Below are positions 24,338 through 35,286 of a DNA stretch of 64,000 bases, piece after piece. This DNA comes from Podarcis muralis (Eukaryota): positions 108,872,001 to 108,936,000 of the forward strand of contig NC_135657.1 in assembly GCF_964188315.1 (NCBI RefSeq). Direction: 5' to 3'. The position numbers and the translations under genes are program-made. The notes below the pieces were generated by a model that did not search any database, was not told the origin of the DNA, and saw only the letters and a list, made by a program, of their open reading frames with translations. Numbering within the stretch: the stretch's first letter is position 1; the number at the start of each line of letters is the position of its first letter.

Positions 24338-24960
24338 TGTAGCAAGGTGTCATCACTGCTCCCTCACTACACCACAAGGAAGGGCTTAAAGTGGCAAAAG
24401 GTTGTTGCCAGGCTGCACTAGGCTTCACCTCACATGCCTAAAAGCTTTCAGAGAAGGCAAGGAGATGACTCTTTACTGTGTAACAGCCTCAAATCACGAA
24501 CAAGGAAGCCAACACCAGGGATGAAGAACCTATTGGTCTCCAAACCCCCATCAGCCCCAGCCAGTGTGGTCAAAGATGCTCCAAGGTTTAGTCCAGCAAC
24601 CTCTAAATGGCTGCAGGTTCCCAACCTTTGGCCTATGCCATGCACAAAGTGAGTAGCAGAATCATTCTAGATTCTAGAGTTTGGGCAAAGAGGGATGTAT
24701 TCATTCCAGTATGTTCCAAATTTTTCTGGAGTGGAACAGGTGATTTCACTCATTCACCCCACCTTTCAGTAGTCCTTTGAGTACAGAAAATTCATGTTTT
24801 GTGCATTGTGAGCTATAGCCACATTCTCTTTCGGTCCTCCCTATAGAAAATGCTGGGGATCGTATGGGTCCCATAGGGATTGCTACTGACCAAAGTTCAG
24901 GTTGGAAATTTCATTGGAAATTGTCTAGCACTTGAGTATAAGTGTTTTGCACATCTCATA

Positions 24961-25323
24961 AAGGTAAAGGTAAAGGTACCCCTGCCCGTACGGGCCAGTC
25001 TTGACAGACTCTGGGGTTGTGCTCCCATCTCACTCAAGAGGCCGGGGGCCAGCGCTGTCCGGAGACACTTCTGGGTCACGTGGCCAGCGTGACATTGCTG
25101 CTCTGGCGAGCCAGAGCCGCACACGGAAACGCCGTTTACCTTCCCGCTAGAAAGCGGTCCCTATTTATCTACTTGCACCCAGGGGTGCTTTCGAACTGCT
25201 AGGTTGGCAGGCGCTGGGACCGAGCAACGGGAGCGCACCCCGCCACGGGGATTCGAACCGCCGACCTTTCGATCGGCAAGCCCTAGGCGCTGAGGCTTTT
25301 ACCCACAGCGCCACCCGCGTCCC
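24961..25323 (-). mobile_element. Sauria SINE, full length
   Basis: 13-bp TSD tgcacatctcata at 24948-24960 and 25324-25336. Confidence 0.95.
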
Positions 25324-26691
25324 TGCACATCTCATACTTGGCAGTTATTTGAATGGGAAAGTCTTCTGAACAATATCCAGCGACTCTGCACTAGTCAGCT
25401 TATTGTTCTGTGCAATCTTAATCAACAGTATTTCTTTTCCTTGAAATTTAACCATGCCGGCCCAATTCCACTAAGCAAATAGCTAACTACCTTATATAAC
25501 ACAAGCATACAGAGGAGAAGAGGTAATGTGAAGTCATAGAACTTTCAACTATTGTATGTCTTAACAGAATCCATCTTTACCAGGTCAATAGTAACCCCCT
25601 ACAATTGTGCATACTTTACTTGGAAAAGTGGTTTTAAATTTATCCATTAAAGCTGTAATTTCTTTCTTTCTTTCTTTCTTTCTTTGATTTATATACTGTC
25701 TTTCATCATTAGATCTCAGGGTAGTTCACAGAATAAAATACAGGATAAAAACAAGTAAGAGAGTAAAACAAAACAGCAAAACAATAACCCTCCCTTTCCA
25801 ACATTGCTAGAAATAGTCAAGTGTTGCTAGAGCTTCCCAGTTCAAGATGGCAGCCAGCAGACATCTTGAAACAATGAATTTTATGCATAAACGTGTAAAT
25901 GTTTAATTATTCCATCTATATTCTGCCATATTTCCATGACCAGACCCTGCTTAGCTTCAGCAGTGACACTGTAGCTTGCATCTATAGACCATGTCATGAA
26001 CCAATTGATGTTGCTAGGCTTCCTTTATAAGCCTTCAAATCTTTTTGAACAATTACATGCTCACAGCAATCCTATAAAATATCACATCTAATCTTGAACA
26101 GAAAGTCAATTTTTTATCGCCTAGTCACAATAATTCCCAACATGCTATTCTTTGCACTGTTCACTTGAGATTGAATGCCTCATGTCTGTCTTCATCAACA
26201 GCTCTTTGATGTTTGTAGCCTTCAGTTCCTCGCTTGCCAAAATGTTGATGCCATTACTCTCCTATGTCACTGCAGGTTATTATTTTCTTCAAGGTTACAG
26301 CTTAAAATATTTACGTGTGCAATCCATCTCCCATTTAAATCAGCGGGACTCTGGATGCCAGGTTTAATTAGATATACATTGCTGTTTTTTGTGTTATACC
26401 TTCTTGCTTCTTTCTTTTGTTTAAAGTGATTTTCCATTTCATTTTTAGTCCTTTTATATCCACATAGAGACTGATAGATGAAACTGACACTTGCAGACGG
26501 TTTTGGATTTTTATGCAGCCACTGAGCATTAATATGTTGGTAGCTCAGCTGTGGGATGAAGCAATTTGTGGGTCTCTTCCAGAATGGGAACCAGAACCTT
26601 TTCAGCAGTGGCTCAAATGATCTGGAGATCTTTCCTCAAGAATGTTCAGCTGGCACCCTTCCACCATTCTCTTTTAGGAAACAGGTTAAAA

Positions 26692-26827
26692 CAGGCATAG
26701 GCAAACTCGGCCCGCCAGATGTTTTGGGACTACAACTCCCATCATCCCTAGCTAACAGGACCAGTGGTCAGGGATGATGGGAATTGTAGTCCCAAAACGT
26801 CTGGAGGGCCGAGTTTGCATATACCTG
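26692..26827. mobile_element. hAT-type palindromic MITE
   Basis: TIR CAGGCATAGGCAAACTCGGCCC / GGGCCGAGTTTGCATATACCTG; perfect 8-bp TSD ggttaaaa. Confidence 0.9.
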
Positions 26828-27749
26828 GGTTAAAACAATCCTGATTCAAATAAACTTTTGAGTCAGGATTGTATACTATTATTGAATACTGTTATCTTGG
26901 TTTTGTTCTGACGGTTGTGCTTTTGCTTTTCTGTTGTTTTGTTGGTTTTATGTTGAATTGTATTCATCTGTGTTTTGCTTTTAAATAACTTCTTGTTTTT
27001 GTAGGAAGGTCACAATAGGTGGGTCTGGGCATTTGCTCATCATCTTTATTGGATTCTCTCTGTAGGGATCCATCTTATCCCAGTTAAACATGCCAGTGAG
27101 ATAATTAAGTAGGAGAGATATTATAAAACCAATGCAGCATCATTTTGTAAGAGAAGAGATGGGCTTAACTTGTTAACTCACCCCTTCCCCAAACTCTTTT
27201 AACATTTTCCGTTGCTTCAAGAGCCACTATGGAACTTATTTTCAATGCCTGTCAAAATGCAGATATTTCTTGAAAGCACTCTTTAGTTTGGATCTAGTTA
27301 AATTCAGTTGAGTCTAGTTGCAACTGAAAAGCAATGGTACTTCACTTCATTGCAATAAGGTGGTTCCATTGCTTTTAGTGCAATTTAGTCACTGCCAACT
27401 TCAGCTGGATTTGGGACTTGGTTAAGGGTGGCCTATTATGATCATGGTTAAAGAGGAAGGACTTCAAATGTCGGCATGCATGTCACTCTCTCTGTGTGCG
27501 TGCGCATGCGCATGTGTGCATGTGTTTTACAGAGTTGCATTTCTAAAATGTTACCAACCTTGAGCCAAAGGGGTGTGGGATGCCAAAAGCTGAAATAAAT
27601 CCATTACTAAATTCCCATTACTGACAACAGTCCATCTGTGTTCGCAGCATGATTTGTGTGAACAGACTCATAGCTTATGTACAGTATATTGTAAAATGCC
27701 CCTGAAAAGGGGACTCCCTTAAAGATTAATAGTTGAAGGCCACACTTAC

Positions 27750-27827
27750 TCATCCACTTGACTTTTATCCTTTGTGATTTTTTCTTGCCTCTTTTTGTCC
27801 ATCTTTTTCTTCAACTCCTTCTTTTCC
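27750..27827 (-). CDS. PLCB1: PLCB1 exon 29-equivalent (78 bp; 12 nt shorter than human as recalled)
   Basis: CAG|G GAA AAG AAG ... GTG GAT GA|GTAAG; (R)EKKELKKKMDKKRQEKITKDKSQVD(E). Confidence 0.95.
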
Positions 27828-27998
27828 CTGCAACAAAAATAAAACCTTTTTTTTTTCTTTTTAAGGCAAAGTTAAGTCTGACAGAGCAAGAGCATACATA
27901 TTTACTTGGGCCCCTCTGTCTTCACCGGGGCTTGCTCTGTAGCGCTCTGGGATTGCAACTTTAAATACAAAGGTTTTGTTTACTTACAGCATGCCTTA

Positions 27999-28369
<371 letters not shown>

Positions 28370-29152
28370 TATTTGGACAGCTTCAGGTGTTAAATTATCC
28401 CAGCCTCCAACCCTCAGAATGTAAGAAAATATTGGGGCCTAAATTGCATAGTAAGGGAGCTTGGTATCTGGTGGGCGGGGCTTGTGAGTTTTGCCCCGGG
28501 ATCAGCCCCTCCCTTCAATGTGTTCTGTTATGTTCAATTAAGAATGCCAGTCCAACTGCTTCTTCTTGCTTCTTGCCTCAAGACTTGTCTCATGTTGTTG
28601 TATTTACTTTCTGTCATTATGCTATTCTGTTACAGTATTATTAAAGCTTAGTTTGCAGTTATGTGTGCCACTTATTTTTCCTCAAAGAAAATGAAACTGC
28701 TGAAGAATGGTGGAATAGCCTAAACTTGGGGGAGTGAGGGGATATTCCCAGTTTGCCAGGAGTATTGATTTTGTTAATCACCACAACACAGGAAAGGATA
28801 GCTTTTGCTATTGCTATTACTTGATGGTAGAAGACATGCATGTTCACCCCCTGTCATCTCTGGGTGGCGTTGAGAAAGACTCCTGTCTGAATCCTACTGC
28901 AACAAACAGCTGTGCAAGCCTTTGGGAGGCAGAGATGCAAGAGGGCATCAGAGGAGGGATGGAAGGAAAAAGAGACATAGGCCAGTGTTGCCGCAGCATC
29001 CCTGACCATCATTCATGGCACCCCAGAGTGCCATGGCACACTGGTTGAAAACCACTGCTCCAGGAAAATGCAAAACATGCAGAAGGAGAGCCACATGGGA
29101 ACATTCTTTGCTACTTCACAACCCTGCCATGTTTAAGGAGCAGAAATAATTT

Positions 29153-29435
29153 GTGATATACAGTGATATACAATATACAGTGATATACAATATCTTTATT
29201 GTCATTGTCCCATACAGGACAATGAAATTCAAAATCTACATGAAACATTCAAAAACCCCTAAAAACTCTGAAACCCCATTTTAAAATACAATTTACTATA
29301 GAGACTCCTTATGCTGTGCTTAGAACCAGAACTGCATTTGTGTAGAAACTGTTTCTCAAGCAGCTAGTCCGGGTCTTTATAACCCTATACCTTCTTCCAG
29401 AAGGCAGAAGCTGAAAGAGATCATTTCCGGGGTAC
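29153..29435 (-). mobile_element. Rex1/Babar LINE 3' end
   Basis: The minus strand reads PGNDLFQLLPSGRRYRVIKTRTSCLRNSFYTNAVLVLSTA*, the Rex1 LLPSGRRYR motif. AATAAA and a short tandem tail follow. Confidence 0.8.
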
Positions 29436-29745
29436 CATACAAGGAGAAGTTCTATGTGAACTTATGAAGCTGATTTATACTGGGACAGTGTCATGGGTCT
29501 ACGCAGACCAGGACTGTGCCCTCTGACTGCCAGGGTCCTCTAGGGCCTAAGACTTTCCAGTGTCACTACCTGAAATTCTGCTAATTGGAGATCTTGGGTC
29601 TTGAAGCTGGGATCTTCCATATGCAAAGCATAAACACACGACCTCTGAAGGACATGGAAGACCCTCACTAAAAGAATCCAGTTTGGCAGGTGCCTTGTGT
29701 GCTATTTTGATGGTCTCCTATGTGATAGTGATTGCCAACCACTAC

Positions 29746-29750
29746 AAAAG

Positions 29751-29790
<40 letters not shown>
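29746..29790. repeat. (AC)n microsatellite
   Basis: About 19 CA units after aaagtt. Confidence 0.9.
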
Positions 29791-29792
<2 letters not shown>

Positions 29793-31238
29793 TAACTAAC
29801 AAGCTTGGGTACCAAAATAGAGTTGTGCTGAATGAATTTGAATGCATTGCGAATATAGCATCAATTGTAATTCTCAGAATCATTAAAACACTCCCCTGTC
29901 CCCCGATGATCCAACAAATCACACTGAAAGAGCAACAAATTCCCATGTGTTCTATATAAAAGACCATCTGCTGATGAGATGCAAGACAAATCAAATCGCT
30001 GTCAACAAAACGTTAGATGTGGGAATAGACACGGGCATCACATTGCCCTCAAAATTTGCCAATTTGTACGGAATGTACGGAATGAAGCTGCCATTGATGG
30101 CTATGCAAGTGCATGACAGTGCACAAAGAGTAAACAAATAAGTCAGCATTAAGTTTTAGGGATATTGTAAATGTGTGGTTGTTCTTCATTGGATTGGGTT
30201 TGTTTTCTATTTCCTTACAAAATGAATGCTGAAGCATCTTGTTATTTTCATTCTGCCAATTCCCAAGCTGAAATCATTTGTTTTCTCATGTGGAAAATAC
30301 ACATCACGTTTTAGCTTTAACCCATTGAAGTCTCCTCAAAAGTAATGGATAAATTTGCTACACTGATGGCCAACTTTACTTCTGATGTGCCAGGCTAGGA
30401 ATGCAGCCTCCAAGGCTTTCTCTGGCAATGGCTTTTGCTAGCATGGGTAATGTCCTCCATTGCCCACCGGCCTCTGCCAAGTAGCACAAAGTGGTGGGAC
30501 AGAATGAAAGGCCTTATCTTTGCCAGGAAGGTAGGCTAGGCATAGAGAAGCCCTTCCGGCCTCATTTTGGACCCCAGCATTCATGCCAGGGAGGCCAGTG
30601 GGCCAAAGGATGACCTCAAAGGATGACACAGCTGGTCATCAAAAGAACTAGACTTCTATCCAAACAAAATGATCCACCCAAATCTGGTAGGCAGGTCAAC
30701 ATTATCTCTAGGCTCACTCCTTGCAGTTGTTGTTGTTTAGTCGTTTAGTTGTGTCCGACTCTTCGTGACCCCATGGACCAGAGCACGCCAGGCATTCCTG
30801 TCTTCCACTGCCTCCCGCAGTTTGGTCAAACTCATACTGGTAGCTTCGAGAACACTGTCCAACCATCTCATCCTCTGTCATCCCCTTCTCCTTGTGCCCT
30901 CCATCTTTCCCAACATCAGGGTCTTTTCCAGGGAGTCTTCTCTTCTCATGAGTTGGCCAAAGTACTGGAGCCTCAGCTTCAGGATCTGTCCTTCCAGTGA
31001 GCACTTCCTTAAGAATGGATGCTGTCAGGGGCTCAGGAGCAGAGGCACAGGGGAGAGAGGAAATGGAGAGCGAGGGGGAGGAATCTGAGGGCAGCGGAGG
31101 GCAGAATGACAGTGACCCGAGAGATTCCATGAGCCTCTCCAGTGAATCAGAAGATTCCCAGAAGGGGGCGCCGATGGCCAGGGCACAAGGGGGGTCCCAG
31201 GGGGGACACACCAGAAGCAGGGGGCCAGCGGAGACTCC

Positions 31239-33449
31239 CAGAGACACATACGCTGGGCAGAGTTCTTTGTGGATTTCGACTTCCGGATAGAATACATCCC
31301 GGGAGACAGCAACGTCATGGCGGATGCACTATCCAGGAAGCCGCAGTATCTCGAGGAAGCGGCACCGGTGGCGGCCAAGCACATTTTCGCACCGAAAGCA
31401 TGGGCGTGTGCTTCAGCCACAGTGGACCTGGACGCGGTGCGTCGCGCGCTGCAGACGGACTCGTTCGCACGATCCAAGATGGAGGAGGTGCAAAGAGGCA
31501 CAGCGAAGGACGAAGAGTTCCAGATACGCGACGGACCACTCCTCCGCAGAGGGGTGCTCTACGTGCCGGGGGACGACCTCCGTGCGAAAGTCCTGCAGCA
31601 GTTACACGACGCGCCCAGCGCTGGGCACTTCGGCAAGGACAAGACAGCGGAATTAGTAGCCAGAGACTTTTGGTGGCCCAAGATGAGGGGTGAAGTTGAG
31701 GATTACGTCGCTCGGTGTGACACATGCCAAAGGGCCAAACCAGTACACAGGGTGCCGGCGGGACTGCTGGAACCGCTTCAGACGCTGTTTGATTCGTGGG
31801 AGAGAGTGGCCCTGGACTTTGTCACAGATCTGCCCAGCTCGAGAGGCAAAACAGCGGTGCTCGTGGTCGTAGACCTGTTCACCAAGATGGCGCACTTCAT
31901 TCCTTGCGCGAAGGTGGCCACGGCGGAACAAACCGCCAAGCTGTTCATAGACCACGTGTTCAGAGTTCACGGCTTGCCGAGGTCCATCCTATCCGACCGG
32001 GGGCGCCAGTTCGTCTCGAGTTTCTGGCAGAAGCTGCTGGGCATCCTGAACGTCAAGATCAACTTAGCGTCGGCACGACACCCGCAGACCAACGGACAAG
32101 CGGAGAGGGTCAACGCCATCATGCAGCAGTACCTGCGATGCTACGCGAACCAACAACCCTCGACCTGGGTGGACTACCTACTGCTGGCCGAGTTTGCCTA
32201 CAACAACACGAAGCACGCGTCTACAGGGGTGACGCCGTTCTTCGCCAACAATGGGCGGCATCCCAGAACCTTCCCGGGGTTAGAGACGAAGGGGGAGGGG
32301 GAGCCACAGGGGGCAGAGCACTTGGCAGCGGAGTTGCAGGAGGTCCACGAGCAACTCCGAAGGAACTTAGAACTAGCAAAACACGCCTACAAAGTGCAGG
32401 CAGACAGGCACAGGAGAGTCGGGGAAGACATCCAGGTGGGGGACTGGGTATGGTTAGCAGCCCAGGCAGTGCCAGCCAGAACGTTAGCTAAGAAGAAGCT
32501 TAGACACAAGCAGCTAGGGCCTTACCAAGTCGAGGCGCAGATCAATCCAGTGGCCTTCCGGTTGACGCTCCCGGAGGGTTCCAGAATGCACCCGGTCTTT
32601 CACAGGTCGGTGCTCACACCCTACAAGGAACCCCACAGGTTTCAGACCCCAAGGGCCGCACCAGACCCACTCAGCAAATCACCAACAGGGGAGGGGTCAC
32701 CGAGGGCGGCACCACTCAACAAGGTCACGGAGATTTTGGACTCGAGATGGGGGGAAGAGGGAGTTGAATATCTCCTCGCAGAGGAAGGTACCCCGGCCAG
32801 CGCCAACAGGTGGGTACCGGACTATGCCTTGGAGGAGCGATACCTCAAAGACGAGTTCCATGCACTCTTCCCTCACAGACCTATGCCGGCAGATTTTTTC
32901 GACGACTGGCTTTTCACACCCACGCTCTCCGCCAGCACGTTCCAGGGGTTCTCATCAGCGGAGGAACCGGCGCCAGACACAAGCTCCCCAGAGGGATCGC
33001 TCTCGGGGTTTGGCACGGACCGCTCTTATTGGTGGGACAATCAACCGGAAGTTGGGTGGAGCAGGGGACTCTTACACGCAACCTCGCCCGAGGTGCCAGG
33101 GGGAGAGACGGACATGGACGGGTTGGGGGAGGATCCTGCATTCGAGCACAGCTGCAGAGAGATGGAAGCAGAGGAGATCGACGTCGACGAGCCTATTACG
33201 AGCTGGCCGGATCCAGATGACCGGCTGTGCACCAGGGGGAGAGAACGGTATCCCGCATTCACCCTCGCAGCACTGGAGCACCCGGAACCCGCACCCGAAG
33301 AGAGGGAGGGGGAAGGGGGGGCTTCGAGGGGGGGATGGATGTCAGGGGCTCAGGAGCAGAGGCATAGGGGAGAGAGGAAATGGAGAGCGAGGGGGAGGAA
33401 TCTGAGGGCAGCGGAGGGCAGAATGACAGTGACCCGAGAGATTCCATGA
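31239..33449 (+). CDS. Gypsy pol remnant: RNase H end, integrase, chromodomain and acidic tail; uninterrupted frame with no native start
   Basis: RWAEFF..FDFRIEYIPG (RNase H end); HHCC LHDAPSAGH...CDTC; DDE in ALDFV / LSDRG / QAERVN; GPY; chromo-like VTEILDSRW...EYLL...RWVP. Confidence 0.92.
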   Translation, partial: QRHIRWAEFFVDFDFRIEYIPGDSNVMADALSRKPQYLEEAAPVAAKHIFAPKAWACASATVDLDAVRRALQTDSFARSKMEEVQRGTAKDEEFQIRDGPLLRRGVLYVPGDDLRAKVLQQLHDAPSAGHFGKDKTAELVARDFWWPKMRGEVEDYVARCDTCQRAKPVHRVPAGLLEPLQTLFDSWERVALDFVTDLPSSRGKTAVLVVVDLFTKMAHFIPCAKVATAEQTAKLFIDHVFRVHGLPRSILSDRGRQFVSSFWQKLLGILNVKINLASARHPQTNGQAERVNAIMQQYLRCYANQQPSTWVDYLLLAEFAYNNTKHASTGVTPFFANNGRHPRTFPGLETKGEGEPQGAEHLAAELQEVHEQLRRNLELAKHAYKVQADRHRRVGEDIQVGDWVWLAAQAVPARTLAKKKLRHKQLGPYQVEAQINPVAFRLTLPEGSRMHPVFHRSVLTPYKEPHRFQTPRAAPDPLSKSPTGEGSPRAAPLNKVTEILDSRWGEEGVEYLLAEEGTPASANRWVPDYALEERYLKDEFHALFPHRPMPADFFDDWLFTPTLSASTFQGFSSAEEPAPDTSSPEGSLSGFGTDRSYWWDNQPEVGWSRGLLHATSPEVPGGETDMDGLGEDPAFEHSCREMEAEEIDVDEPITSWPDPDDRLCTRGRERYPAFTLAALEHPEPAPEEREGEGGASRGGWMSGAQEQRHRGERKWRARGRNLRAAEGRMTVTREIP

Positions 33450-33991
33450 GCCTCTCCAGTGAATCAGAAGATTCCCAGAAGGGGGCGCCGATGGCCAGGG
33501 CAAGGGGGGTCCCAGGGGGGACACACCAGAAGCAGGGGGCCAGCGGAGACTCCCAGAGCAGTAGCTGGAAATCAGGGCCAGCTTCCCCACCAGAGCGTAG
33601 TGGGGGGGAAGAGTCCCATAGGTCAGAGTCAGCGTCTCCTCCGGCAAGCAGGGAGGAGGAGTCAGGCCCAACTAGCGTCCCCGAAGAGGGGAGCAGCGAC
33701 AGGAGCAGTATAACGGTCAGAAGGAAGGTGGCAGGCTGGGCGCGCGCGCCAAGTTCAAATGTACAGGCGCGCGGGACAGCAGGAAGCCCGGATTGGGAAC
33801 CAGGTCCTAAAGCCCGCCGGAGGGAGGGGGAAGACTCGGGGGACTCAGCGTCAGAAGAGTCTAGAAAGGGGAAAACCCCGGCGGACAGGCGGACCCAGAG
33901 GAGGAAAGAACAACGGAAGAGGTGGAGCAAGGCTAGGGTCTTAAACTGGTGTCTGGGGGGAGGAGACTCAGACGGAGCTTCGGCGGTCTAG
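33335..33991 (+). CDS. U3-encoded ORF of the Gypsy 3' LTR (203 aa from ATG 33380); hypothetical accessory protein
   Basis: Open for 612 nt from 33380. An upstream ATG at 33335 is blocked only by TAG at 33365, which is CAG in the 5' LTR copy. Confidence 0.5.
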
Positions 33992-34698
33992 GGTTTAAGA
34001 CGTAGAGTTGCGCGCTGTGGCTGTAAATGAGAAACTGAACTTGAATAAAGACTATTTTATATAACAACGGACTGGCGTTGGTCCTCTGTGAGCTGGGACC
34101 TGAGGCAGCTCTGACAGATGCGTTTGATCTTCTTGCAGTCCATGGGACTCTCAAGAGTCTCCTCCAGCACCATAATTCAAAAGCATCAATTCTTCGGCGA
34201 TCAGCCTTCTTTATGGTCCAGCTCTCACTTCCATACATCACTACTGGGAAAACCATAGCTTTAACTATATGGACCTTTGTTTTTGTTTTTTTGTTTTTTT
34301 TAAAATAAAATTTTTATTGGTTTTTCACCTTTTATAAAGACAAAATACACACAAAAAAGACAAAAGACAAAAACATGTATAATTTCAGAAAATCCTACTT
34401 TCCTAACCTTGTTCCCTGACTTCCCCCCACCCCCCTTCATGCATCCCAATTCCCAAAATTATGTCAGCAAATTGGTATTTCTCCTCTTAACCATCTTAAT
34501 ATTACCTCTTTTATAATAAAAGATAAATTTTTCCTAAGTTGGACTCAAATTCCCTTCCATCGATTTCCCATTTTGTTTTAAAATAAAGGTCATATTATCT
34601 GAACCCAAAGGTCTTGAATGTTTTTTAAAATTCTATTCTTCCCTCCCTCCCATCCCCGGTTTTCGTCCCTTCCCAATACATGTCCAAAATAGCAGTTC

Positions 34699-35286
34699 TC
34701 AGCCAGGGTTTCTCACGTCCGAGGCCTTCCAGTCTCTTTCTGTCCCTCTCCGCCGGTCTTGTTGGTAATCCTTTATGTCAGTCATCGAATCACGGAAGAG
34801 TTCTATCCAGCCATATTCTCTTCCCACCAGGGCATTTGGAATCAACTGCTGAAAAATTTCCACAAAGCCTGCATCTTCAAAGTCAGGGTCGAAGTGGAGG
34901 CCCCAATCATATTTCTTTATTTTAAGTTCCTGTATTTTATAAACTCCCGGGGCCTCCTCCTTCATCTTTTGCATCTTTCGCAGATTTGTAGTAGGTGTAA
35001 TCCAAAAGTCTCCTTGCTTATATTCCACAGGTGCCAGCTCCTGGTTGGTACTTTCCAGCTTTACTTTCTCTTTTTCTTGTTTAGTCTCTTCCACTTCTTT
35101 AGATAACATTTCCGATTCAGCTGTGGATTCTTTCTCATTCAGGTCCACAATACATTCAGCAGAGCTGCTTGTTCCAGAAGTCAAGGTCATGAGTTGTTTA
35201 TTCATAGCAAGACTCTGCTCTTGTAAGATTCCCACCAAATGAAACATTCTTTCAATTTCCACTAGTAACTTTCCTTCCACAGCCAT
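34699..35286 (-). CDS. 195-aa hypothetical protein of the non-autonomous element
   Basis: True ATG in strong Kozak context (ACAATGG); intact to TGA; the only long sense ORF of the element. Confidence 0.7.
   Translation of the reverse strand: MAVEGKLLVEIERMFHLVGILQEQSLAMNKQLMTLTSGTSSSAECIVDLNEKESTAESEMLSKEVEETKQEKEKVKLESTNQELAPVEYKQGDFWITPTTNLRKMQKMKEEAPGVYKIQELKIKKYDWGLHFDPDFEDAGFVEIFQQLIPNALVGREYGWIELFRDSMTDIKDYQQDRRRGTERDWKASDVRNPG

Larger units (their letters stand above)
31023..34116 (+). mobile_element. Ty3/Gypsy chromovirus, internally deleted
   Basis: Termini TGTCAG...CTGACA; perfect 5-bp TSD GATGC at 31018-31022 and 34117-34121. The 5' LTR stub (31023-31243) is nearly identical to the 3' LTR (33340-34116). 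PPT lies before 33340; AATAAA at 34044. Confidence 0.96.

Noticed and set aside
26128-26262. Minus-strand frame ESNGINILASEELKATNIKELLMKTDMRHSISSEQCKE* after an AG
   Set aside because: Purine-rich acceptor region and no homology to PLCB1; a chance ORF.
31796-33930. Overlapping 213-231-aa ORFs in alternative frames and strands of the Gypsy element
   Set aside because: Expected shadow ORFs of GC-rich coding DNA; no motifs.
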